This document shows positions 1 to 12,939 of a DNA stretch of 64,000 nt, in pieces (the stretch's first letter is position 1; each line of letters starts with the position of its first letter). The stretch spans positions 4,155,050 through 4,219,049 of the forward strand of contig MU058781.1 of assembly GCA_013265495.1 (NCBI GenBank), read 5' to 3'. Source of the DNA: Vicugna vicugna (lineage: Eukaryota). Below the pieces are notes generated by a model. That model did not search any database. It saw only the letters and a program-made list of their open reading frames with translations, and had not been told where the DNA came from. The translations under genes were made by a program, and so were the position numbers.

Positions 1-1979
1 GTCATCAGTTGCTCAGCACCCAAGTTCTTTAGCTTTACTGTTGCACCCCTGGGGAATCATGACACTCCTGACAAATCCCACCCCCACCACCATCACCCCC
101 GCCTCCAGAAAGAGGGAAGGAAAACTAACCAGCAGTGGGTAAGTGTACATCTGGATACAATCGCCAGTCAGGAACACTTAGCCGGGCTCCAGGTGGGAGC
201 AGAACAACGCCTGTCCTCCGGGAAGTTCTAAGTCCCCAGGCTGAGGTGTCTGCGTCTGGTTCTGTCAGACACATCGTAAAACCGTGGCACTTACGTGCTG
301 ATGGTAAATGTCCCTCACAGGTAGTTGTGTGTCCTTAGGGTTTGCAATAGGGCATTTCACTGAGGGTAGGAGAAAATACATACTGATGTCCCTGAAGGGA
401 AATAAATGAAACACTTCAGGCGTGATGGCAGACCATTTGGTCATCACACCACTGTTCGCCATGGATGAATTTGGACAGTGATGCAGAACTGTCGGGAGCC
501 AGCCCTTGGAGACCCATGATGAGAGCTCAAAGGAGCCCTTAACGAGTCACTGTATCGATGAGGTTTGGCTTGAGATATAACTGGGTGACGCCAAAGGGAA
601 CTGGAGAGGTGGTTGTAGGTGGTTGTGTCTGGGACCGGCTCAGTCATGAGGCAGAAGCCTATGGCTGGTGGCTGCTTGGTCTATACCGGAGATGAGGGGC
701 TTACAGACATGATGCGCCATCTACATTGGAAAATAGAAGGCAGACCTTAGGGGGTCACAGATGTCACAGGGGATTTATGAGGACAGCTGCTTCGAAGGGA
801 ATTTCAAGGAGATGCTTCTCCTTGAAATGCTGAGCTCACTTAGAGCTGGGAGTGATTAGCCAGCAGCGCCCTCTGCCCCGAGGATAGTGGGGGATGGAGG
901 TGAACACCCCACTTGGAGGAAGCCAACTGCAGTGGACTTGAGTGAAGAAATGCTGAGGAAGAAGTTGGTAACTTCCAAAGAGCAACAGGGTGGGACTGAC
1001 TACTGGTTAAAGCTACATGACTTACTCTGAGTGAGTTCTCAGGACGTTATCCAAATCTTTTCTTGGTTTGGGTTTGTGTGGATTTCCATCCTGGCCATTC
1101 AGGCCATTCATTACATAAAGACAGGTTGTTTCAAAGTCAGACCCAGAAAACCCCTGGGGTATGCATCTTAACCGCTGGATGTCATGAAATCCTATCTCGG
1201 TGCCAGTGGAAGAAGATGCTTTCAGAGACTCAGATGAAGTTTCACTTTGAGACCTTGTTTTAAAATGCCTGGGGAATGATGGATCATCTCAGGGCAAAAC
1301 CTGAAAACTGCTGGTACAGCTAGCTAGTGAGCTGGATTCTGTTCTCAAATTTGGGGACCAGAGGTCTTCCTGATAAGCAACTTGGTTATCCCCAAGGAAA
1401 GGTCAAGCGTTTATCCAAACTGCAAGAAATAAAGTGAGTTCTTTAACTTAAAAATAATGTTTCACGATGTTCAAATAATTTGTCATATGATTTCTCATCT
1501 CACCTTCACAGTAATCTTTAACAAACTGGGTACTGTCTTTCAACAAATACTTCTAAATGCTCGTAGGCTTTGTAACTTGGGATAACATGGGGAAGTAGGC
1601 AGGCATGGTCTCTGCTCTCACAAATTTAGCCTGTCCTGGAGGAAGACAATTATTATAGATGCTACTTAACTCCAAGGGAATAGCAATCTCCTTCTTCAGT
1701 TTTACTGAGGAGGAAGCTGAGGCTCCCCGAGCTTCAAGGATAATTCTTCATGCCCAGAACTAAAGGAAAGAGCTATTGTCTTTTCTATTCTGTCATCCTG
1801 TTTCTTAGGGCATATAGCTTCAATCTGATCATTTTATTAGATAACATTTCTTTGTCACACAAAAGTAAGTTCTGGAGAGAATTTGCAGTGTAGAAATAAT
1901 TAATATTACAGGAGTGCATTAAATCTAGACAATTTCCTCTACCTATTCTATTTGCTGGCCTATTTTGTTGGTAATTTCT

Positions 1980-2204
1980 TTTTTTAGTATTATTATTGAA
2001 GTGTGGTTGATTTAGTGTTAGTTTCGGAGGTACAGCAAAGTGATTCAGTTATACACATACATACATGTATTTCTATGCATTATGTGTTATTACAAGAAGT
2101 TGAATATAATTCCCTGTGCTACACAGTAGGTCCTTGTTGTTCATCTGTTTTATATATAGTAGTGTGTATCTGTTAATTCCAAACTCCTAATTTATTCCCC
2201 CCAA
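1980..2204 (-). mobile_element. Young 5'-truncated L1 3' end (cetartiodactyl/camelid-type)
   Basis: T-rich tail followed by 'gtgattcagttata...tccctgtgct...gtaggtccttgttg...tatatatagtagtgtgtatctgttaat', the reverse complement of a typical artiodactyl L1 3'UTR. Flanked by a 9-bp TSD gtaatttct (1971-1979 and 2205-2213). Confidence 0.9.
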
Positions 2205-3599
2205 GTAATTTCTGATAAAATATCTAGAGTCCTTGTTTCCATCACATACAATTGCAGTGGCATTAAAACCTGCAGGAGGCATGACTAAACATAGCTTCTC
2301 AGATCTATCCTTTTCTACAACATGCTGCCAACCTCCCAAATATCCTTACAAAGAAGATTCTCAAAAACAGATTGTTTTACTCTTTCTGTCTATGCTTAGG
2401 GCCCAGCACGATGACTGGCTCCTAGTTGCTAGGTAAATGTTGAATAAAGGAATGACTGGTCTCAGTATTATTTTAGGGGAAGAAAACTTTGTGTTTTCCT
2501 TTCTCTTGAGATAGAAAATAATCTTAAATTACATGAACTGCCCTGATTATTCACTTGAACCTACACAACCTATAAAAACCAGTGTCAAGGTGAGATAGTC
2601 TTAATCTTATCTATAAAAATTTCAATTATCCAAGCTAATTAAGGAGGGCTGATTTCCAAATAATTCCAGGAATTAATAGTACCAGAATGGTTATAATAGG
2701 ATGTCCCAAAAGGTCTTTCCCGAAAGGGATGGTCTAGCTGAGAATGAGTCCAACTGTATATGAACATGTTGGAATCATCTTGAAGTGTGTTTCAACATGC
2801 CTGTTAACTGTGTTTTTAAGATGGATTTTGTTTTCATTCAGAATATATGGTTGATATTTTCTGTGAAGACAGAGTTATAACTCCTGACCTTTTTGTTTCT
2901 ACTAGGGGAAAATAAAGCTCTGGCTGAGCAGGCAGCAGCCAAACAAACTGGAGAGTGGCAGGTGAAGTGTTCCAGCGAGTCAGACAAGATAACTTCGGGC
3001 AGAAGGTAATTTGAGGGTGTTTTGTGGCCATTCCAAGGAGTTCTGTGCTTTAGAGTTGTTTCACATCATCGTGTAATGTTTGAGCAGGTTACACGGAGTC
3101 CTAAATTATCGCCAACTGGCTTTGGTCCATCTAGTGGCGTGTTCCTCTTGTCCAACAATGCCTTAGTTCATGCCATGTGGTTGACTCACTTGGAAATCCA
3201 GAAAAAGGATGGGATCAAGTCTGATGCATACAGCGATTGGCCAGACCTTGTTGCATCGGACTGGGCTTGGTCCCACTCCTGGATCCCTCCTCTACATGGA
3301 TGGTGACATAAGACGTTTGATGAAGTTGAAGCATTGTGTTGTGTGTCCCTTCGAAATCCAAGGATTAGTTCCACCATCAGGAGGGAATGCTTGATGAAAG
3401 ACGGGTCAGAGCCATTCAAAATGACAGGCTATATTTCACAGAATAATCTTGTTTTCTTCTTTTATTTATTGCCCAATAAACTGAATGTTCATGGGAAAGA
3501 ATTTTTAGGCACCCTAGTATTTGCCTTGGAATGTATCTTTCTACATATGGTAGCATACAGTGTCTGCATCATGGATGGGAGGCAGAAGTTTTTTTACTG

Positions 3600-3720
3600 T
3601 AATTCTTTGTTACAAATATGAGAAAACTGGAGGACAGAGAGCTTAAGTAACTTGTTCAAGGTAATCAGATTAGTTAGTAGCCAAAGCTAAAACCCAGGAC
3701 TCAGGATTTTCAGTATTTCA
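3600..3720 (-). mobile_element. MIR SINE fragment
   Basis: 'atgagaaaactgg...acagagagcttaagtaacttgttcaaggt' matches the MIR core. Confidence 0.7.
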
Positions 3721-3876
3721 CAAGTACATGCAGACATTCCAAATCAGATTCCTCTCTCCCCTCCAAGCTCATTCTTGATTTGAGTATCATATTTTTCCTG
3801 GAACTAATTACAAATTTACAGTTTAGGCACCAGGCCAAGCCCAACTATTATTGCTTCAGGCTGTACAAAAGCAAAC

Positions 3877-4090
3877 GTGTTCCAACTATGCTCTGCGAAG
3901 CCTTGGGGCCATGGTGCAGATGTGTGCTTCTGTGAGTGTGTACGTGTATGGGTGTACGTGGCGGGGGGGCATCCTCACCCTCTAACTTTGAAAAGGTTAC
4001 TCTCTTCTTTATCTACTTACCTATTGGCTTTCTGGTAAGATTTGCTTAAAAAACAAAAACAAAAACAAAAACAAAAATTCCTGTGGTGTC
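3877..4090. mobile_element. hAT-Charlie non-autonomous element (MER102-like) containing a (CAAAAA)n tract
   Basis: 'ctctgcgaagccttgggg...ttatctacttacctattggctttctggtaagatttgc' resembles a recalled MER102/Charlie consensus. CAAAAA repeats lie at ~4030-4057. Confidence 0.45.
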
Positions 4091-5084
4091 AGGCGTTCCT
4101 CTCAGACACAGCACCGTACCCCACAGATACCTTCTCCTGAATCCTAGAAGAAAACATTCCATTTCAGTTGGAAATGATTCTCTATGGGGCAGGGTCTGTG
4201 TTACTGAGGCTTCTGTGGCTTTGGGCTTTTTGGTCCACGTGCTCTGCTACATCCCGTGGTGGTGGGCTCTCATTTGTGGGCTCACTTGTATGCTGAATGG
4301 TCAACAAGGCTAACAGAGATTTGATGGACAGATTCATTTTCGTGTTTATGTGTTACCGAAAGTTAGCGCTTTACAACAGAGTGGCATGTTGATGGAGAGA
4401 ATTTATTCGTTGAGACCTCAAGCCTGTATCCTTCAGAAATAACCCATTAGATAAAGCTACGTCAGGATATTACTTTTGATAATAAGTGTACAGACTGGAC
4501 CATCCCTTATGACCAATCTGTAGACCTGGGTCTGTTGTAGGCATCCCCTTCTCCACCCTTCCACTCCCCCAACACACTTTTTGGCCTGAAAGCAGGTCCT
4601 GACTTGGTGGAATAGAAAATGTTCAAAGTGTTTGGATTAAGCTGCAAATTCAGATAAAAACGACTTGGTGTGTGTAGCTTACTCTTAAGTAAATAATGTA
4701 CCTGAAGGTATCAGGAAATTATCTCTTTTTTCATCAGCATATGGTTTTGCTGGCTCTGGCTCAAGGCAAACAATCGTGGGAGAGAGAATAGAGAGAGTTC
4801 TTAATAGATGATGTGCGGTAACAAGACAGGCTGACTAGCTGTTTCCTAAGAGCTCGTGTTGAGGTTGGAGAGCCCTTGAGAGCAGTGGAACCAGAGGCAG
4901 GAGGGGGACGCTACTGAGGAGGGAGGCCAAACAGAACTGGGTGGTGACATGCAAGAGAGAGATGCTGAAGACAGACTGAAACTATGTCATGAGTTAAAAA
5001 GAGGCAGAAAGAGCTAGAATTTGGAATCTGAAGCCATCTTATTCCTGACTCACTCACTTTGCAGGTAACTCCAATAACTCCGTA

Positions 5085-5220
5085 CAGTATACACCACGGG
5101 CTTCTCAAAGGCAAAGTTTGTGTCTTACCAATTTCTATGTCTAGTGCTTAGTATGGAACCTAGCACATTGTTGTCCCTCCTTGAATGTTTACAGTTTTTA
5201 AGTAAATGAATGAATGCTTA
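5085..5220 (+). mobile_element. L2 3' end fragment
   Basis: 'tctagtgcttagtatggaacctagcacat...aatgaatgaatg' is the L2 terminal motif with a (TGAA)n tail. Confidence 0.6.
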
Positions 5221-5824
5221 ATATACACGTTTCTCTACCAGAGAAAAAGATGTCTTATATTTTTTAGGTTGATACATTCCATGGTATTACATACGAAGTG
5301 AGATGCCCTTTGAATCCACTCTGCATAAAACGGACCATCCTGAACAAAAAGAAATTGGCCTTCTCTGAATTCTGATGCTTTTAGACAGAAATTGAGATAA
5401 ATATTTAACCACCCTTCCCTGGGCCCTCCTGGATGTGTGTGGAATGCTTGAGCTGGCTAATTGAACATTAAATGTACATACAAGTTAAGCACCTCATCTC
5501 TCAGTAACAGAGGAGGATAAAGTTAATACAAAAAGAACATTCTTCTTCCACATCTGTAACATAAAGCAGAACAGAAATCTGCAAGAGCATCTAGAGACGG
5601 CAGATTTATAAAGAATTTTGACATACACGTACCCATTTTATGATGAACCTTTGACATTTGTGCAGCTACACACTCATAAAATTGTATCAGAAACTCTTTA
5701 AAAAAAAACAACCACACATACATTTTGCTGTTTTTCTGGGGGGAAAAAAAAAGTACAATATTTCCTAATCCATGGAGTTTCCACTCACAGAAAGGGCTAA
5801 GTCAGGAGAGGAAAAGTCGGTGAT

Positions 5825-6190
5825 AGAAAGGCATTATATTAGGCCAATGAACCAAGTCAGAAAAGGAGAGCGCTATTTGCAATTTAGCCAGCCAAGTTAA
5901 ACATGACACGATTACAGCCAGTCTTTGGGGACCAAGTTAGTAGTAATTGTGCCTTATTTAACTTGGCCAATTAAAGGCTAAACTCTTTTCTAAATTGGCT
6001 ATTTTCAAAGCAATCACACCTTTGCACTCAGAATTTTTTTTTCAGCTTGCCATTTTTAATTTAGGTATTTGGCTGCTTAATGGATGTATGTGTACATGGA
6101 CCCAAACCTAAATATTTGCACATAATACAAAATTAATATGCATTTGTATTGGGCAGAATAAATGGCTTCGTATTATAATAGGTTTTTAAA
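5825..6190. promoter_or_regulatory. Putative conserved non-coding element (enhancer-like)
   Basis: Non-repetitive block with several TAAT/AATTA homeodomain cores, CCAAT and TTGGC half-sites. Conservation not tested. Confidence 0.35.
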
Positions 6191-7638
6191 ATCAGATCAG
6201 GGTCATATGTTTTTGCATGTCTAATAATTTCTAACATCTGAAGAAAGTATCTAAGCTGTGAAGTATGTTGCCTAAGGGAAGATTAATATAACTTGGGAGG
6301 AAAATAACCTAAGCAACTAGGATTTCAGTATCTAGAACATGTAGAGAAGGAGACAAAAGATTCATTTTTCCATCAACTGTACGTACATCTTCATTTTCTT
6401 TGTCACTGTGAGTCAGTTAACATTTACTGAATGCTCTTTCTGTGCAGAGAATTGCTTTTGACCAGGTGATTCCATCGAAAGCCCCCCAAATTATCCCTGT
6501 CTCAAGAAGCATCCACTCAAAGAAGAAAGCAAGAAGAGAACTAAATTGCATGGGGTATGAAGATAGAGGACTGAAAGCTGGAATCAGCTACTTGACTTTC
6601 TATACTGGGATAAAAGGACACAGATAACGTTAGTTTTAAGAGTTAAGAGTCAGAAAAGGAGAAAAGAAAACAGTCAGAGGGAAGAGATCATCACAGCTCT
6701 ATGAACTGAGACTGATGGAGTGGCCAAAAAAGGTTTTCTGGGGAAGTCTGGTAGACAAAGCACTGCAAAGGGTAGGGGGAAAAAACCCAGAAGGTGCTCT
6801 AAACTAAAACAAATATATCTTTCCAATGCCTTTAGGAATTAAGGACAGATGTGTTTTTATATAAAGTGTGGATCCAAATACATAAACTAGAGTAGACTTT
6901 AATTTCCAAGATCTAAGGCCATTTTCTGCCTAACAGAATGAGTAGTTGCTTAAGAATTTCAGTCCCATGTTGTATGCATTACGGTTAATTTTACAATCAG
7001 CTTTTCTGCACACACTTTCCATTCTTTGTGGAGATGGAAACCTTAATGCTGTCACCTGTTTTGATCAACAGACAGACTTGATTACAAAGGGAGGTAATCT
7101 GAGTGCTGGGTAAGGTTATGGCAGGAGTGAAAGTAAAACTTGTAACCTAGGGCAATGTGGTGGAGTTTGGTGGGGAGAGCTGGAAGGTGCACTGGGTCCT
7201 TGGCTTCTAGAAAAAAAGAACTCAAGACCCTCCCTTTCCTGTCCTTGCTTTCCTTGGGTTGGGGGTGGGGTGAGAGAACTTCACCCTCAAAAGGGGGTGT
7301 TGCTGTCATTGGTCACATTTTGTGATACTTCATTGGCTGACATGGTGGTGGATATAGTGGCTGGAGGCACTGCATGTTAGAAAGATGGGTTTGTCCCTGG
7401 TTCAACTCCTCTGAAGCGATCCCTCTCTTACCATCAATTTTAGATGTTCTTTCTTCCCCCGTGGAGTGGACCCTGGGCTGGCTTAAGAAAGCCTGGGGCC
7501 AAAGACCTAGGCCAGCACCGTTCAAGTGTTGGCCAGGGTTCTTGCTGACCCTCTGGCTCTCTCTGGCAACTTGGATTGGCTTTTCTTCCCTTCAGAGTGA
7601 TATGGTCTGAAGGACTATGTCTGGGGGAAAAGAACAAA

Positions 7639-7646
7639 TGACGTCA
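7639..7646. promoter_or_regulatory. Full palindromic CRE (TGACGTCA)
   Basis: Exact CREB/ATF consensus with its CpG retained, at the edge of a unique block (7620-8060). Confidence 0.35.
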
Positions 7647-9559
7647 GGCATCTGTCTGCTGCGACTACAGGCAGCGCTCACTTAGACAGGGTCTGGCCCA
7701 GCCCACAGACGTGCACTGCAGTTTAGGGGCTGAAATTCCAGCCAAAAGCAAAGTGTTGCTCAACCTTGCATTTACTCCGCGAGCCTTGTGGAGAGGTAAG
7801 ACTACCAGAGGGCAGAATTTGCTTATTCTAAAAATTTCTGGCTCAAACATAATCAACATACCCAAATAAACTGTCATAATGATCACCTTTAATGTCACTC
7901 CAATCTTTAATCTCCAGCAGACATGGGTTCTACAAATGACTCTCATACCCTGCTGTGCAATATTGAGCGATGTGTTTCTCCAGAAGATTTTCAATGTTAC
8001 AGCTTGATGGTTGGTTAAAAAAGAACTGTGGCCTGATACTGGGTTATGACATATCACTTAACGCTTATCCTGAGACATGTATTGAACCCCGACTGCACGT
8101 GAGGTATCGTGAAGACTGCTGAAGTTACCAAAATCAAAGTCATGGCTTCTGCCCTCAGTCTACAGAGAGGGAGATTCACTACAAATGCTTCCTAAATACA
8201 ATGATAAACAGATGTACACGAGACATTCAACACGAGAGACGGCACAGAGATGGAAATCATGAGTTGGTTGTAAAGAGACTCTAAAAGAGAATTAACTTTG
8301 TGACTGGGAAAGGAGGGGAAATGGAGAAAAGAAAATGAAAATGCAACTTGGCTGCAGAGGCAAATTCAGCTTTTGTACTTCTTTTCTTGCCTTACAGTTT
8401 GGCATGTGTGTTTTCCTTTTAAGTACATTTCTGTCTCCTAACCTTGCAGTCAGGATGCTGGCGAGAGAGCTGGTGGGCTTATCTGCACTGTCTTTCAGAT
8501 ATCCCTGAGGTCGCTAGGGTAAAGAGAGGGTGGTGCTGGGCTGGAGAAGGGACCCCCGTGGAGGGGAGGGGAATCTGCTGACAATGGAAGCTTCCTGCTA
8601 CTTGTCGCTCCGTTACACCGACACTGTCTTCATCTTCTGAAGAATCCAGTCTAAGCACGCTGCTCTCCTGTCGTAAACACTTAGCTTTCCACTGCTACCC
8701 TGTGTGGCAAAGAAAAGGCATCCACGACTGAGCTGGATCCTGCCTTTCCAGGACTCTCTCCATGGACTTTATTGAATCTTCAGTGTCACGGCATTTCTCA
8801 CCACTTCTTGTACAGATCATGCTTTTATAAGCAGTGAAGCGCTAACGTGAGACCAAAAGAGAAATAGGAAAGTAATCCTTTATTAAGAGCTGGACAAAAC
8901 CCGGCTTACCAAAAAGACAGGGCTCTCTGATAACAGTGTGATTGGAAAACATAGTCTCCTTTCAGGGCTGAATCTGTCCCCCCCCCTTTCATCACAGATA
9001 CCTGACTTGTGGCTTAAATACCCAGGGGCACTTGAGAGAGAAGAGGATACGGCCGGACCTGCAAAGAGATGCCACATCCCCTTAGGCAGCCAGCTGCCCG
9101 GCGCGGCCAGTGGCCGTCTTTACCTTCTCACTGGCGGAAAGAGGAAGACGGCCAGGCTGCCTCGGCTGCGCAGGAGGACTCGGGGCTTCCCTCCACGTCT
9201 TTTCCAGCACAGTCACCCTGCCCAGGGCTAAGGCATGGCTCAGGGAATGTGAGGTTCTGAGTCAGCACAGTGCAGAGGGCATCTGTGAATACAGGGTGAA
9301 AGTACCTTCCTTTGAAACACGAGGAGAAAGAATGTAGTTTCTCCGTTATCTTCAGTAAGTGGACTCCATTTTTTTTATATCTTTTTTCCCCATTGCTCTC
9401 CTCCAAGATGGGAACCATCTCATCCATCAAGGCTTAATACAGCAGGTGGTTAGCAATAATAAATCTCCCTTTAGTGAGTAATAAACAAATGAATATATGA
9501 ATGATGAATGAATACCAGGCAGAGAGGAGAGAATGCACATAGACGTCTGTATTTTTATA

Positions 9560-9770
9560 ATAAGGGCCAAATAATAAGCCATAATGATGTAAGACTTTCA
9601 CATACATAAGGTCATTAAATCTTCAAAACAATCCTGGAAAGGAGAATTATTCTCTCTCTTTTTTTTTTCTTATGAGAAAACTGAGGACCAGAGAGATCAA
9701 ATTAACCACTGAAGTGCATACACGAGTGACACCATGGGGGCTGAGGCCCCGTCTTTTGGTTCCAGGTAGA
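9560..9770 (-). mobile_element. MIR SINE
   Basis: 'cattaaatcttcaaaacaatcct...atgagaaaactgaggaccagagagatcaa' matches MIR. Confidence 0.7.
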
Positions 9771-9899
9771 TGTTATCAGAGCTGTCTGGTTGGTCTCATG
9801 GAGAAGCTCATCACAGAAAGATAGAAAGAGAGCTAGAGAGGGAAGAAACAGGAGTGAGTGTGGTTACCACATTTCACTGTGCTTAAGAATGAGTGAAGG

Positions 9900-10242
9900 T
9901 TCCGTAGTCAAAGAAGTAAGTGATGCCTATAAACCAATGAGAAAAAGGCACAGAACTCAAAAGAAGGAGGGGAGAAGATATGAACATGTCATTCATGATA
10001 CAGAAAGATTCTCAGCCTTTCTAGGAATCAGGGAAATGCAGATTAGATGGGTGAGATGTTCTTACACCCAATATTGGAAAGAATTTAAGAAGTTTGATCA
10101 TTTCAAGTGTTGGTGGGAATATAAAGAAATGAAACGGGTACCACTGTGCACTCCTGATGGGAGCGTAATGTGGTCTAGCCACTTAGGACGACAGCTGTCA
10201 GCTTCTATTCAAATTTAAAATGCATATTCTCTGTGAGCCAGC
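9900..10242 (+). mobile_element. Old L1 (L1ME-like) 3' region, first piece of a fragmented element
   Basis: 'aatcagggaaatgcagatt...caagtgttggtggg...ctgatgggagcgtaatgtggt...aaatttaaaatgcatattctctgtga' matches the L1 ORF2 end/3'UTR. It appears to resume at ~11190-11350 and ~11590-11935. Confidence 0.7.
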
Positions 10243-10383
10243 TGTGGTCTAGAAGGTGGGTTCTGTCTGTCTCGGGATATGCCAGACTCGTTCAGCATCG
10301 GGGAAAATCCGGTAACTTCTGTTTGTGTTTAGCTTTACACCATCCTTTTAAATTTATTGTTGAGCGTCTGTTTGTGTGAAGAG

Positions 10384-10685
10384 TGCTGCAATGCACCGCC
10401 CAGGCACCCTCTCTAGCTGGCTCCTCCTAGGGAAGTGCCCTCAGCCCCAGGGAGCTGCCTTGCCCATCTTGGGCAGCCTGTGTCCGATGACTGGTCAGCG
10501 CGGGGGTGGACAGCCTAGCCCCTTGCCTCAATCCTAGGCAGCACTAAGGGGCCATCCAGCCCTGAACTCCAGGGACCAGCTGAGCCCTCGCTGGCAACTG
10601 CTTTGAGCTCACGTGCTCTTCTTTAACGTCCCTACATGACATCTCAGAGCCTGGGTGTCTGTTTCCTGGGAAATTGACCTAAGGA
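10384..10685 (+). mobile_element. ERVL solo LTR (LTR16-like)
   Basis: 'gccctcagcc...gagctgccttgccca...tgactggtca...ccccttgcctcaa...gtctgtttcctgggaaattgacctaag' matches LTR16 motifs and its 3' end. Confidence 0.7.
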
Positions 10686-10856
10686 AGTTTTATCATGTGC
10701 ACACACGGGTACCAAAGCTCACATATAATTTACAGATATTTAAATGCACATTTATTTTGGTCGGTGCACAAAATGGTGCTTTACTGAGAGGGTTCCACGG
10801 TCAGAGAAGTTTAGAGAACAGTGCCTGTTATGAGGTGAGCTGTGTCCACATAATAT

Positions 10857-11183
10857 CTTATAGGATCATTGTGGATGTAATTAGTTAAGATGAGGCCATA
10901 CTGGAGTAGGGTGGACCTTATAAAAAAGTACTGGCATCCTTATAAAAAAGACATTTAGTCAGAGAGACATACATGTGGACATCGGAGCAATGCTACCACA
11001 CGCCAAGCAACTACCAACGTCTAGAAGAAAGAGAGGCCTGGGGAAGGTCCTTCCCCAGCACTGTCACACCTTGATCTTGGACTTCTCGCCTCTGGAACTG
11101 TGAGACAATAAGGCTCTGCTTTTTAAAAAACACTCAGTTTGTGGGGTTTTTTTTTGTTATGGCGGTCCCAGCAAATGAATGCA
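10857..11183 (+). mobile_element. MaLR solo LTR (MLT1B-like)
   Basis: 'gatgtaattagttaagatgaggccatactggagtagggtgg...caccttgatcttggacttct...ggaactgtgagacaataa' is diagnostic of MLT1. Confidence 0.85.
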
Positions 11184-11371
11184 GTGCCTGAGAGAAACAG
11201 TCCGAATACGCATAGGGATGTAGTCTTTGCAAGTTCATAATAGCAAAGCAGAAAAAAATAAAAACAAAAACAGCGTAAATATTGATAGTAACTAATTATG
11301 AATAAAATATAGCATATTTATGTTATGGACATTTAGCCTCAGTTTAAAAGAATGTAGCACACATTACCATC

Positions 11372-11590
11372 TAGAAAACAGATAAGCAACAGGGACCTAC
11401 TGCAGAGCACAGGGAACTGTATTCAGTTTCTTGTAATGAGCTATCATGGAAAAGAATCTGAAAAGAAAAAGCATATAGGTATGTCTATGTACAACTGAAT
11501 CCCTTTGCTGTGCACCTAAAACTAATATTGTAAATCAACACTTCGATAAAAAATATCTTTTGGAACACTAAAAAATAAAATTAAAAAAAC
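11372..11590 (+). mobile_element. Young L1 3' end
   Basis: 'aacagggacctactgcagagcacagggaactgtattcag...aactgaatccctttgctgtgcacctaaaactaa...gtaaatcaac' followed by an A-rich tail. Confidence 0.85.
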
Positions 11591-11949
11591 TTACATGTGG
11601 TAGGTTTCATTATACTGACACAAAATCTTCAGCAATCACTGTTCTGAGTTAAAAAAGGAGCTGAATGCATGCAGAGAACAAAACCTCTTAATTTATGTGG
11701 AAGAAATACAGAAGAATCCTCTAGCCTTTTATACATTTGTCCATGAATATGAATACACAGAAAAAGGACTAGAAGGACTCTCTGTAGACTTTTGACATTG
11801 TTTGCCCCTGAGGGAAGGGTAAGGACCTGGGGGAGGGGCGTTGCTAAAGGAACTTTTCATCAGTAATATTTAACTTCTAATAAGAGAATATATTCACAAG
11901 TTTCCTTTGAAATTAAAAATGAATAAAAACAAGCAAAAATCATCAAGGG

Positions 11950-12178
11950 AATGTAATGCGGGATCCTGGAACAGAAACAGGACATTAGATAGAAACTAAG
12001 GAAATCTGAGTAAACTGTGGACTTTAGTTAATAACAGAGTCTCTATATTGGTTCATTAATTATGATAAATGCACCACTGATGTTAATATTAGGGGAAACC
12101 ATGTACAGGCTTTATATGGGAACTCCGTAATGCCTGTTCAGTTTTTCTGTAAGATCTAAAATCAGTTAATTAATAAAA
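11950..12178 (+). mobile_element. L1MC-like 3' end
   Basis: 'gggatcctggaacagaaacaggacattag...aaactaaggaaatctga...tggactttagttaataa...tattggttcattaatt' matches the L1MC 3'UTR. Confidence 0.8.
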
Positions 12179-12292
12179 CACATCTAGGGCACTTGAGTTA
12201 GAGGAATGGAGATTCCTCAGCTCCAGCTCCTGAGATTCTAATACAGCTGGTCTAGGGTGAAGCCCAGTAATTTTCTTTCCTATTAAGTATCT

Positions 12293-12466
12293 CTTTTTTT
12301 TCCCTTTTTTTTAAACTGAAGTATAGTTGACTTACAGTGTTGTTTGCTTCTGGTGTACAGCACTGTGATTCAGTTATATGTATATATATTCTTTTTCATA
12401 TTCTTCTTCATTGTAGGTGATTACAGGCTATTGAAGAGTGAGGTCCTGTAGGGACCTTATTGTTGG
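12293..12466 (-). mobile_element. Young L1 3' end
   Basis: Poly-T then 'tgaagtatagttgacttacagtgttg...tctggtgtacagcactgtgattcagttata'. Confidence 0.85.
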
Positions 12467-12939
12467 GTGTTTCTGGTGCTTGGAGTTACCACAGGCTAGA
12501 ACACAACCCAGAGAAAATCCAGCCATACCCATTGGGTTCCCAAAGTTGATTCTTAAAGTCGTTCCACAGTTTGCATGGAGGAGGAGGGAACGGGGAGAGG
12601 TGGCGCGGAGGTGCTTCCACTGAGGGGCGGGGGCTGGTCTGGGAGAGCAGAACTCTGTGCGAGGCTGGCCTCCCGAGCGCTGGCCCCAGGGCCTGACGAG
12701 CAGCCAGCCAACAGCACAAAGGAGCAGCTCTCCCCTCCCCATCACCACAGTCTGGCATATGGTTGGGTCTCTGGCTTTTAACTGTATTTTGAGAACCGTT
12801 TTATACATAATTTATCCCCCCAATTAAAATGTTTTTCTTTCAGTTAGAATGTTTACGGGTGACCTGACAAGATGGCACAGTTAGGTCCCCTCCCATCCCC
12901 CCACTCAGCGCACCACCCTGTTTATTGTCCGGAGTCTGT

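Noticed and set aside
2762..2802. p53-like half sites (gaacatgttg, caacatgcct)
   Set aside because: Each has a mismatch and they are about 20 bp apart, so this is not a canonical response element.
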